Shown here: piece by piece, positions 10,166-19,495 of the stretch
Layout of the letters: each line of letters opens with the position of its first letter
Numbering within the stretch: position 1 is the stretch's first letter
Assembly: GCA_038727515.1 (NCBI GenBank)
Contig: JAVYVS010000001.1
Location: forward strand, 384,001-448,000
Origin: Candidatus Methanomethylicia archaeon
Lineage (GTDB): Archaea > Thermoproteota > Methanomethylicia > Culexarchaeales > Culexarchaeaceae
Direction of reading: 5' to 3'
DNA length: 64,000 bases
Notes under the pieces: generated by a model
Told to the model about the DNA's origin: nothing
Databases searched by the model: none
Seen by the model: only the letters and a program-made list of their open reading frames with translations
Made by a program: the position numbers and the translations under genes

Positions 10166-11045
10166 ATTGGCATTATTCTACTTAGTACCAGAATTAAAAT
10201 ATCATAAACCAAAAACTCTACAGGAAGCATTGGAATTAATGAATGAATTAGAAAATGCAAAACCAATTGCAGGAGGAACAGACTTAATAATAGACTTAAA
10301 AACTGGAAGAATCAAATTGAAAAATTTAGTAGATATATCTGAAATAAGAGAACTGAAGAAAATTGAATTATTAGAAGATGAAATAGTTATAGGAGCATCA
10401 ACAACACTCCAAGAATTAATTGAAAATAAAAGTTTGAAAAATATGGTTCCAGCATTGATTGAAGCTATTGAAAATATGGGGTCTTGGCAAATAAGAAATG
10501 TAGCTACTATTGGAGGGAATATATGTAATGCATCACCAGCAGCAGATACAGCACCACCATTAATGATATTAAATTCAAAATTAAAGGTTAAGAGTATTGA
10601 TGGTGAAAGGATAATACCAATAGAAAAATTCTTTCATGGACCTAGACAAACAGATTTGAAAAGTAATGAGATATTAACAGAAATAATAATACCGAAAAGA
10701 TCATGTGAAATGGGAATGAAATTCTTAAAGTTAGGTAGGAGGAGGGCACATACACTCTCAATAGTTGCAGTAGCTGTAGCAGTAAAAATGGAAGATGAAA
10801 TAATTAGAGATATTAGGATATCATTAAATTCAGTGGCACCAACACCAATAAGAGCATATAAAACTGAAAGAGAATTAATTAATTCAAACATCAATGAAAT
10901 AGAGGATAAGACAAAGATTTTAAATGAAGAAATAAAGCCAATAAGTGATATTAGAGCATCAGCAGAATATCGTAGGGAAATGTCGATAAGATTAACGATA
11001 GACGCAATAAAATTAGCATTCGAAAATTGGAGGATGAGAAAATGA
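10152..11045 (+). CDS. Mo-hydroxylase FAD-binding subunit (likely start TTG 10167)
   Basis: IAGGTDL, QIRNVATIGGNI.NASPAAD, PISDIRASAEYR motifs. Confidence 0.92.
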   Translation: MEVYKLALFYLVPELKYHKPKTLQEALELMNELENAKPIAGGTDLIIDLKTGRIKLKNLVDISEIRELKKIELLEDEIVIGASTTLQELIENKSLKNMVPALIEAIENMGSWQIRNVATIGGNICNASPAADTAPPLMILNSKLKVKSIDGERIIPIEKFFHGPRQTDLKSNEILTEIIIPKRSCEMGMKFLKLGRRRAHTLSIVAVAVAVKMEDEIIRDIRISLNSVAPTPIRAYKTERELINSNINEIEDKTKILNEEIKPISDIRASAEYRREMSIRLTIDAIKLAFENWRMRK

Positions 11046-11521
11046 AAATATCATTTAAATTAAATGGTGAAGAAAGGATACTAGATATACCAGAAAACAT
11101 AATGTTACTAGATATGCTTAGAAGATACGCTAATACAACAAGTGTTAAAAGAGGATGTGAAAGAGGGGAATGTGGAGTATGCACAGTTTTAATAGATGGA
11201 AAACCAGTATGTTCATGTATTACACCAGCATTAAAAGTAGAGGGGAAAGAAGTAATAACAATTGAATATTTATCAAAGAATGGAAAGCTACATCCAATAC
11301 AAGAAGCATTTATAAAATCTGGAGCTATACAATGTGGATTTTGTACAACAGCATTCATATTAACAACATATGCTCTACTACAGAGAAATAGAAATCCAGA
11401 TGAAGAAGAGATTAAAAAGGCATTTGATGGTATAATATGTAGATGTACAGGATATGTAAAGATAATTGAAGCAGTTAAAATGGCTGCAGAAATTCTTAAA
11501 GGAAACAATAACTGTTATTAA
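11042..11521 (+). CDS. Mo-hydroxylase [2Fe-2S] subunit
   Basis: GCxxGECGxC, QCGFC, CRCTGY motifs; ATGA overlap with the upstream gene. Confidence 0.93.
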   Translation: MKISFKLNGEERILDIPENIMLLDMLRRYANTTSVKRGCERGECGVCTVLIDGKPVCSCITPALKVEGKEVITIEYLSKNGKLHPIQEAFIKSGAIQCGFCTTAFILTTYALLQRNRNPDEEEIKKAFDGIICRCTGYVKIIEAVKMAAEILKGNNNCY

Positions 11522-11556
11522 CCTTTAAACTGTAATATTATTCGAGGAAGAACAAA

Positions 11557-12882
11557 ATGGAAAAAGAGATAGATACTCAAAAAATTATTGAAACCCAAAA
11601 GAAAACTATGTTTCCATGTATGCCAAGATATAGACAACCAATAGTACTTGTAGAGGGAAGGGGGGCAATAGTAAAAGATCTAGAAGGTAGAGAATATGTG
11701 GATTTATTCGCTGGATATGCAGCTGTAAACATTGGGCATTGCCATCCAAAAGTTGTTGAAGCAATATTATATTGGGCTCAGAGGTTGCATCACACATCAT
11801 ACGATTACCATAACATACCATCAGCAGAATTAGCAGAAAAACTTGTAAAAATACTGCCAATAAAAGGTGAGAAAAAGGTATTTTTCTGCACAAGTGGAGC
11901 TGAAGCAGTGGAAGGATCAGTAAAACTAATGAGGAAATACATGTTAAAGAAAGTTAATAAAACTGGATTTGAAGTTATAACCCTTAGATATAGCTTCCAT
12001 GGTAGAACACATTTAACAACAACTTTAACTGGACAAAGCAAATATAAGAAGGGTATGGCAGCAGTAGTCTCTATACCAGGGATAAAGATAGCTCCAGCAC
12101 CATACTGTTATAGATGCCCATTTAAAAAGAGTTATCCAGAATGCGATTTACTATGCGCTAAATACATTGAAGATGTAATTAAATATGAAACATCAACAGA
12201 TATAGGTGCATTCATAGCAGAACCAATACTTGGAGAAGGAGGAATAATAGTTCCACCAAAAGAATATTTTAAAGAAGTAGTGAAAATAGTAAGAGACTAT
12301 GGAGGATTATTTATAGTAGATGAAGTACAAACGGGGTTTGCAAGAACTGGGAAAATATTTGGAATAGAAAACTTCGATGTTGAACCAGATATAGTGGCAA
12401 TGGCAAAGGGATTAACAAGTGGACTACCATTAGGAGCAATAGGTGCAAAAGCAGAAATAGCAGATGCCTTTGAACCAGGAGACCACTCATCCACATGGGG
12501 TCCAAATGTAGTATCATGTGCAGCAGCCAATGCAGTAATAGATGTAATAATAAATGAAAAAACCCATGAAAAAGTAAATGAAATAGGGAAAGTATTAATG
12601 GATGGACTAAAAGAACTATATAATAAACATAAGTTAATTGGGGAAGTTAGAGGTTTAGGATTAATGGTGGGAGTAGAGTTAGTTAAAGACAGAAATACAA
12701 AAACTCCAGCTGTTGAAGAAGCAATAAAAATTAGAGACTACATGAGGGAAATGGGATTCTTAATAGGTGCAGGAGGAGCTTATGGATCTACACTAAGAAT
12801 AGAGCCACCCCTAATGATAACAAACCAACAAATAGAATTAGCATTGAGAGCATTGGATCAAGCATTAAGCAAAGTACAATAA
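11557..12882 (+). CDS. Class III PLP aminotransferase (4-aminobutyrate/acetylornithine type)
   Basis: SGAEAVE, FHGRT, EPILGEGG, DEVQTGFARTG, MAKG motifs. Confidence 0.92.
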   Translation: MEKEIDTQKIIETQKKTMFPCMPRYRQPIVLVEGRGAIVKDLEGREYVDLFAGYAAVNIGHCHPKVVEAILYWAQRLHHTSYDYHNIPSAELAEKLVKILPIKGEKKVFFCTSGAEAVEGSVKLMRKYMLKKVNKTGFEVITLRYSFHGRTHLTTTLTGQSKYKKGMAAVVSIPGIKIAPAPYCYRCPFKKSYPECDLLCAKYIEDVIKYETSTDIGAFIAEPILGEGGIIVPPKEYFKEVVKIVRDYGGLFIVDEVQTGFARTGKIFGIENFDVEPDIVAMAKGLTSGLPLGAIGAKAEIADAFEPGDHSSTWGPNVVSCAAANAVIDVIINEKTHEKVNEIGKVLMDGLKELYNKHKLIGEVRGLGLMVGVELVKDRNTKTPAVEEAIKIRDYMREMGFLIGAGGAYGSTLRIEPPLMITNQQIELALRALDQALSKVQ

Positions 12883-12952
12883 AATATGAAAATACATAAA
12901 ATAAATTATTATTTATTACGTAACAAAGTTTAAGGGATGTTACTTCAATAGT

Positions 12953-13003
12953 AAATTGGTCTATATTAGACCAGTTTCATTTATAAATTGGTCTAATATA
13001 GAC
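12953..13003. promoter_or_regulatory. Tandem palindromic operator-like sites TGGTCTA-N3-TAGAC(CA)
   Basis: AAATTGGTCTATATTAGACCAGTTT (12953-12977) and AAATTGGTCTAATATAGAC (12985-13003) directly upstream of the ATPase RBS. Confidence 0.65.
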
Positions 13004-13018
13004 TTATATGGTGATTAT

Positions 13019-14269
13019 TTGAGAATTGAAGATTTCAAGTATGTTATTACTGAATGGCTTCAACAAGGGATTCCTGAAGTTAAAAGTAGAGAGATAACTC
13101 TACCATTAGACTCAAATCTCATAATTGCTATTACTGGTGGTAGAAGAACTGGTAAAACTTACCTTCTATTCTCAACAATTAGGAAGATTATTGAGAGTGG
13201 TAAATCCAATTTAGATGAAATTCTATATGTTGATTTTGAACATGTTAAATTGAAAGGTGTAAATGTATCTGATTTAGATGATATGATTTTAGCATTTTAT
13301 GAACTTACTGGTAAAAAGCCTAAATATATATTCCTTGATGAAATACAAACTGTAAAAAATTATGGAGGTTGGTTTAGAAAAAGATTGAATGCTAGAATAT
13401 ACATTTCTGGATCTTCATCTTCTTTAACGCCTAGGAAAATAGCTGAAGAATTAAGGGGTAGATGTATTAATTATGAGATTTACCCCTTATCCTTTAGAGA
13501 ATATCTATCATTCCTAGGATATGATCCAAAACCTGAAATATTATTATATAGTGAAGAGAGAGGGAAGATACTAGCCATACTAAGAGAATACCTCTATAAT
13601 GGAGCATATCCAGCTGTAGCTCTTGAAAGTGATAAGAAACGTATAATAAAAGCATATTTCGAATCCATACTAGTTAGAGATCTTGGAGGAACACCTCTAG
13701 CTGAAGCATTCTCATTATACCTAATATCAAATTACGCACAATTAATAACTATAAATAAGGTATATAATTATCTACGCTCACTTGGATTCTCAATAGGTAA
13801 AGAGAAAATTATAGAATTATTTAATAAAGCAAGAGAAACCTATTTTGCATTCACTACTGAAATATTTCAGAAAAGTGAGAGGAAGAGGAAAATAAACCCA
13901 AAAAAACTGTATATAATAGATGTAGGATACCCCACATCATTGGGATATGAATTTTCAATCTCGAGAGCAATGGAAAACACAGTATACCTAGAACTATTAA
14001 GGAGGGGAAATAGAGAAATATATTACTGGAAGGAGTATGGGAAAAGTAGTGGAGCAGAAGTAGACTTCGTAATAAGTAGAAATTTCGAAGTGGAAGAATT
14101 AATACAAGTAACATATGCAGAGGATACACTAAAGGAAAGAGAATTAAAATCATTGAAAAAAGCACAAAGAGAATTAAAACCAAAGAAAGCAACGATAATA
14201 ACATGGAATTACAAAGGGAAGATAGATGATATAGAAGTCACACCCTTATGGTATTGGCTACTAACCTAA
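13019..14269 (+). CDS. Archaeal AAA+ ATPase (AAA_14 + DUF4143 type)
   Basis: Walker A GGRRTGKT, Walker B FLDEIQ, SGSS, LRGR, EVDFV; GGTGA RBS at 13010 favours a TTG start at 13019. Confidence 0.88.
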   Translation: MRIEDFKYVITEWLQQGIPEVKSREITLPLDSNLIIAITGGRRTGKTYLLFSTIRKIIESGKSNLDEILYVDFEHVKLKGVNVSDLDDMILAFYELTGKKPKYIFLDEIQTVKNYGGWFRKRLNARIYISGSSSSLTPRKIAEELRGRCINYEIYPLSFREYLSFLGYDPKPEILLYSEERGKILAILREYLYNGAYPAVALESDKKRIIKAYFESILVRDLGGTPLAEAFSLYLISNYAQLITINKVYNYLRSLGFSIGKEKIIELFNKARETYFAFTTEIFQKSERKRKINPKKLYIIDVGYPTSLGYEFSISRAMENTVYLELLRRGNREIYYWKEYGKSSGAEVDFVISRNFEVEELIQVTYAEDTLKERELKSLKKAQRELKPKKATIITWNYKGKIDDIEVTPLWYWLLT

Positions 14270-14320
14270 AAATTTACAACATAAACATAGAAAATAAAAA
14301 TAAAATTCAAATATTCATAA

Positions 14321-15124
14321 TCATATCATAAAGCTTGGTATTCCATTTGGCTTATACGCTATTTTCGGTTTTAAGTTTCTCATTCTTAATATTTCAATTA
14401 CATGTGGATACAAGATTATGTATTCTTCATCAATTTCTTCTGAAAGTTTTGGATGTATCATTGATAAACGTTCTTTAAATTTTACATAATTTTCATCACT
14501 ACTAAAACTTAGCATTACAGCTGGATAAACTTGTTCACCTGGATTAAACCCTACATTTATTAGGTTCTCCAATGCTTTAAACTGTAATCTATAGTATTCT
14601 GGTTTGGCTAAAGTTAATGTTTGAAATTCTTCTTCACATGTACCTTTAAATGAAACTCTAACTATAAGATTACTAAAATGAGAAAGTTCTTCAGCATAAC
14701 TTTTATCAAAACCAATCAATATACCATTAGTCTCCAATATAAATCTATACTTAGTGTTTTCAAAATACTTAAGTAATTCAATTAAGTGACGTCTAGATAT
14801 AGTAGGTTCACCACCACTTAACCTAACAAGTCTATAACCACGTCTATTAGCTATCTCCATAAGTTTTTGATACACGTCCCTAGGGGTACAAAAGAATCCT
14901 TTAACCATATTGTGACTTGCATCTCTCCAACTCCAACAAAATCCACATCTCAAATTACATCCAACAACATCACCAGTAGCTATACCACCATACCATCTTC
15001 CACCTCTAAACCTATAGTACTTCCTTAATTCAAAACCATCAACATCAACTTTAACTACAAATCTTTTAACAATTTCAGTTAATTCAATAGGATCATAACC
15101 AGGTTTAACATTCAAATCCATCAT
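14321..15124 (-). CDS. Radical SAM protein
   Basis: CNLRCGFC (CxxxCxxC), SGGEP, ETNG motifs. Confidence 0.88.
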   Translation of the reverse strand: MMDLNVKPGYDPIELTEIVKRFVVKVDVDGFELRKYYRFRGGRWYGGIATGDVVGCNLRCGFCWSWRDASHNMVKGFFCTPRDVYQKLMEIANRRGYRLVRLSGGEPTISRRHLIELLKYFENTKYRFILETNGILIGFDKSYAEELSHFSNLIVRVSFKGTCEEEFQTLTLAKPEYYRLQFKALENLINVGFNPGEQVYPAVMLSFSSDENYVKFKERLSMIHPKLSEEIDEEYIILYPHVIEILRMRNLKPKIAYKPNGIPSFMI

Positions 15125-16044
15125 CTCTTAATTATACCAGCTGGATCTACACCTCTACTTAAATATAAACTTCCATATAGATATGTTGCCGTTTGAAGCC
15201 AACCAGCCATAACCCCAAATCTCTTCATTAAAAATGCCATTAAACATTTATCATCAATTGGACATAAATTCACATTTAACAAACAATCATATTTCAAGCA
15301 TAAGCTCTTCTTAGGTGTTGTAAATTCATCAATTAAATTCAAAGACTTAATAATTAAGATTAAATGTCTATCAACTGGTGCAATTGAAGTTAAACCAAAA
15401 CAGAAAATTCCAAATGCATGAACACTCTTAGAACCAACATAAGGAATATTTAAAAGCTTACGTTTCAAATCAGAATATACATCAATTGAAAATAAAGTGT
15501 TTAATCCAAAGATAAAATCATCAAAAATCAAATGTAATTTATCTTTAACTTCAGAAAGCTGTTTAAGTTGATAACTTCCACCATAATTCATGGGATTAAT
15601 AAATCTTAAACTATATTCATCAATAGCTTTACTCAACATATTACGAAGCCAACGAACAGTATTATTATGATAATCAGTATTCCGTGATAGAAAAATTGAA
15701 TAGAAAATTGCTCTAACATCCCATGGATCAATAGCTATACCAAGCCCAGGAAAAACCTCAATAAATCTATAGACAATTGAATATTCACATCTACCAAGAT
15801 TCTTCACATATTCAAATGGATTAAACCATGCACCACTTAAAATTAAAGCCTCCTTTAAACCACAACCACTAAACAAAATCCTTTTACCATCAACTTTAAA
15901 CTTCAATCCACGATTAAAACCATACAACTTACCATATAAACCAGGTTTAAATTCAATAAATAATGGTAATGAAAAACTAGCTTTAAGTGAAATTTCTAAA
16001 TTAAATCCATCCCAAACTTCAAGAGTTGAGAAATCCATATTCAA
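15121..16044 (-). CDS. HhH-GPD DNA glycosylase-like protein with Cys cluster
   Basis: HhH-like LLNIPYVGSKS, PVDRH, GWLQ tail; four Cys in the C-terminal region. Confidence 0.55.
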   Translation of the reverse strand: MNMDFSTLEVWDGFNLEISLKASFSLPLFIEFKPGLYGKLYGFNRGLKFKVDGKRILFSGCGLKEALILSGAWFNPFEYVKNLGRCEYSIVYRFIEVFPGLGIAIDPWDVRAIFYSIFLSRNTDYHNNTVRWLRNMLSKAIDEYSLRFINPMNYGGSYQLKQLSEVKDKLHLIFDDFIFGLNTLFSIDVYSDLKRKLLNIPYVGSKSVHAFGIFCFGLTSIAPVDRHLILIIKSLNLIDEFTTPKKSLCLKYDCLLNVNLCPIDDKCLMAFLMKRFGVMAGWLQTATYLYGSLYLSRGVDPAGIIKR

Positions 16045-16703
16045 CCCTTAATTTTACTCAAAATTTCTGGAAGTTTAACTATACTATTAATAATGTGATC
16101 AGCACCAAACTTTAAAAGTCTCCATTCAGGTTCATGACCAGTTAAAACACCAATAGCAGTAATACCAATCTTCTTAGCAGAATACATATCAACCCAATAA
16201 TCACCAACAAAAATAACATCACTAGGCTCTAATTTAAAATCAGATAATATTCTACGCAGTAAGCCACTTCTATCAAATAAAACATCTTCTTCAGATGGAT
16301 CTTGATCACATAAACTATAAACGCCATCAATAAAATCAGTAAGAGAGAAATACGTTAGCTCCCTAATGATATCCATCCTAGAACATTCCCTACCAGTACA
16401 AACAATTATCTTAACCCCTAAACCCTTAAGCCAATTTAAAACTTCATATACGCCATCAATAGGTTTATCTAATTCATGAATAAAACTGCAATAACTCTTC
16501 CTAAAAAGATTCCAGAAAACATTTTTATCGCAATTAGTAGGTATAAGTGTATCCAAAGTATCATTAGAATAATTTCTAATGAAGAGATCCCAAGAAACTG
16601 GTGAACCTCCAAAGTAAGTTAAAGTAAGATTAAAAACCTCATGAAACCTATGAATAGTATCAATTAAAGTCTGATCTAAATCAAAAATCACAAGTTTAAC
16701 CAT
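16041..16703 (-). CDS. HAD-superfamily hydrolase (phosphoglycolate phosphatase-like)
   Basis: DLDQT motif I, FVGD...D motif; ATG at 16703 is the probable start. Confidence 0.85.
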   Translation of the reverse strand: MVKLVIFDLDQTLIDTIHRFHEVFNLTLTYFGGSPVSWDLFIRNYSNDTLDTLIPTNCDKNVFWNLFRKSYCSFIHELDKPIDGVYEVLNWLKGLGVKIIVCTGRECSRMDIIRELTYFSLTDFIDGVYSLCDQDPSEEDVLFDRSGLLRRILSDFKLEPSDVIFVGDYWVDMYSAKKIGITAIGVLTGHEPEWRLLKFGADHIINSIVKLPEILSKIKG

Positions 16704-16829
16704 AAAATCAATAAAAATTATACTAGATAGAAATTTAATGATTACCACTATCGATCATCATAAATAAGCCTTAACTTTCATGGGTGATTTAAGCTTCTCA
16801 ATCATGCTAAAATTTATACGTTAAACAAA

Positions 16830-18000
16830 ATGATTAAGAGGAATGATTGTATGGAAAGAGTTCGTGAAGGCAAAAGTAGAAGAATCCTCATGCTTTATGG
16901 ATTTACATCAAGTTTCATAGGAAATACATATTCCCCATTTCTATCTATATTCATATTTGAAATAGCTGGTGGAAGCTTTCTTAGAACTGGCTTAGGAAGT
17001 CAACTTCCATCAATTGTATCAATAATTATGGGTTATACCTGGGCTTTCATATCAGATACTACACGTAAAAGAAGGATATTCATTCAAATGGCTTTGTTAA
17101 ACCAACATTTTTACAACATTATGTTTAAGTTATGTATGGAGCATTGAGCAACTTATAGCAATACAATTAATTGGATCATTAACTGGTAGTGCTGGTGGAT
17201 CAGTATTTTCAGCATTACTTGCAGAAGTATTAAAGGAGCATAGAGGGGAAAGCCTTGGGAAATACAATGCATTTGTAGTTGTTGGAGGATTTCTTGGAAA
17301 TATAATTTCGGGTATACTATATAATACTATTGGCTTTAGAAATATGCTTAGACTCATAGCAGCATTAAACTTTATACCATTAACTTTAATATCGATTATA
17401 CCTAAAGATCCACATGAAAATTGGAATTTAAAAGAATCAAATTGGAGGAATTTTATTCCTAGAATTCCAAGGGAATTCTGGGGTATATATCCAGTAAGAT
17501 TAATTTTAACATTACCTGGAGCTTTAAGTGGAGGTATTTTAGGAATATATTATTTGAAGTATCTTGGTGGCAGCCCTGAAAGTTGGTCTATTGTAGTTGC
17601 TCTCACAACATTACTTGGATTAACAACAATTCCATATGGAAAACTTGCAGATAAACTACCCATTAAAAAAATGTTTATATTTGCAGGTTTAGGATGGACA
17701 ATACTATATCTTGGATACTATATTTCACCAACACCAATAATATTTGCAATATTCTTCATAATACCAATATGGCCAGCATTTTGGATTACATATAACAAAT
17801 GTTTAATGGAATTAAGTGATAAAACTGAAAGAGCAAAATTCTATGCTTTTGAGGGAACATTAAGCACGATATACGGTAATATTATAGGAATAATCTCGGG
17901 ATATCTAGCAGATATCTTCGGACCGAGAGAAATGTTTCTAATATCTTCAGCATCAGCAATCATAGCAACAATATACATAAATTTAAAATTGAAAATTTAG
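16830..18000 (+). pseudogene. MFS transporter interrupted by a frameshift near 17100
   Basis: N-terminal MFS frame (SDTTRKRR motif) continues in the +1 frame from 17101 (TNIFTTLCLSY...GFRN) straight into ORF 17344-18000. Confidence 0.8.
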
Positions 18001-18100
18001 CTTAAAACAATTCAACTTTTCCCCTAAAATATTAATCACAAAATCATTTAGAAGTATATTCTCAGTAACTTTAATAATAATTTAATGGATATTTATTGAT

Positions 18101-19480
18101 ATGAAGAAGGTTGATTTAATTTTAAAAGGTAAAATTTTCCTTCCATCAGGTTTAATTGAAGCAAATATTGGAATTGAAGAAGGTAAGATAGTTGCAATAT
18201 CAAAATTGGATGATTTAATTCATGGAGATAAAAAGATTAAATTAAATGATGAAGAAGTGGTTATTCCAGGTGTAATAGATGCCCACACTCATATTAGGGG
18301 GATGGGTAGATCTGATTGGGAAGATTTTTATACTGGTTCAATGGCTGCAGCAGCTGGAGGAGTAACAACAATATTTGAAATGCCAATAACATTACCCTCC
18401 ACTTCCACTGCAACAGCATTAGAGGAAAAGATAAAGCAGGCATCTAAACAATCAATAGTTAATTTTGCATTTCATGGCGCTGGAGGATTTGAATCAATAC
18501 CTGAAATACCAAAAATGGCAAGTATTGGAGCTATTTCCTTTAAAATATTTATGCATCCACCTCCCCCTGGGAGAGAAGATGAATTCAAAGGATTATACGT
18601 TGAAGATGATTCTCAACTCTTTGAAAGTCTTGCAACAATAAAGGAAACAGGTAAAGTAGCATATATACATGCTGAAAATCATGTATTATCAGAATACTTT
18701 AAGAGAAAGCAAATTGAAAGTGGTGGAAGAGATTTAATAGCCTATATGAAGTCTAAGCCAAGTATAACTGAAAGTGAAGCTATAAATCGAGTATCACTTT
18801 TAACATCATATATAAATGCAAAAATACACATAGCACATGTATCTTCAAAAGAGAGCATAGAAATTTTAGATTTCCTAAAGAAGAAAGGAATAAAAATTAC
18901 AGCTGAAACAGCACCACACTACCTCCATTTCACAATTGACCAAATAGAACATTTAGGACCTTATGCTAAGGTTAATCCTCCAATACGATTTAAAGAGGAT
19001 AGATTAGCATTATGGAATGCAATTTCAACTGGTGTTATTGATATTGTAGCTTCTGATCATGCTGCATATCCAAAAGATGTTAAAGAAGTTGGAGAAGCAG
19101 ATATATGGAAAGCATATATGGGAGTCCCAGGAATTGAATGTTTAGTACCAATAGTCTTAGATGGTGTAAATAAAGATTTAATAACATTTGAAAGAGCTAT
19201 TGAAGTTTTAAGTACAAATGTAGCTAAAATATTTGGTTTATATCCGAATAAGGGTGTAATCGCCGTAGGTAGCGATGCAGATCTAACTATAATAAAATTA
19301 AAGGAAGAAAGGATATTAAGGGCGTCAGAATTCTATACGAAGGCAAGGGAAATAGCACTTTTATACGATAATGTTAAGGTTATAGGCATACCTACAATGA
19401 CCATTGTTAATGGAGAAATAGTTATGGAAAATGGAGAAGTAATTGGGAAATCAGGTATTGGAAGATTCATAAAAGTATAA
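18101..19480 (+). CDS. Cyclic amidohydrolase (allantoinase/dihydroorotase/hydantoinase family)
   Basis: PGVIDAHTH, AAAGGVTT, HAEN, KVNPPIR, ASDHA motifs. Confidence 0.85.
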   Translation: MKKVDLILKGKIFLPSGLIEANIGIEEGKIVAISKLDDLIHGDKKIKLNDEEVVIPGVIDAHTHIRGMGRSDWEDFYTGSMAAAAGGVTTIFEMPITLPSTSTATALEEKIKQASKQSIVNFAFHGAGGFESIPEIPKMASIGAISFKIFMHPPPPGREDEFKGLYVEDDSQLFESLATIKETGKVAYIHAENHVLSEYFKRKQIESGGRDLIAYMKSKPSITESEAINRVSLLTSYINAKIHIAHVSSKESIEILDFLKKKGIKITAETAPHYLHFTIDQIEHLGPYAKVNPPIRFKEDRLALWNAISTGVIDIVASDHAAYPKDVKEVGEADIWKAYMGVPGIECLVPIVLDGVNKDLITFERAIEVLSTNVAKIFGLYPNKGVIAVGSDADLTIIKLKEERILRASEFYTKAREIALLYDNVKVIGIPTMTIVNGEIVMENGEVIGKSGIGRFIKV

Positions 19481-19495
19481 ATTGACCTTAATGAG

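Noticed and set aside
7543-11521. Aerobic CO dehydrogenase (CoxLMS) or selenocysteine-containing hydroxylase
   Set aside because: The active-site loop is SFRGFG rather than the AYxCSFR of form I CoxL, and no in-frame TGA interrupts the genes.
17091-17103. Programmed -1 ribosomal frameshift in the MFS gene
   Set aside because: The heptamer is imperfect (G TTA AAC), the required shift is +1, and no downstream stimulatory structure is evident.
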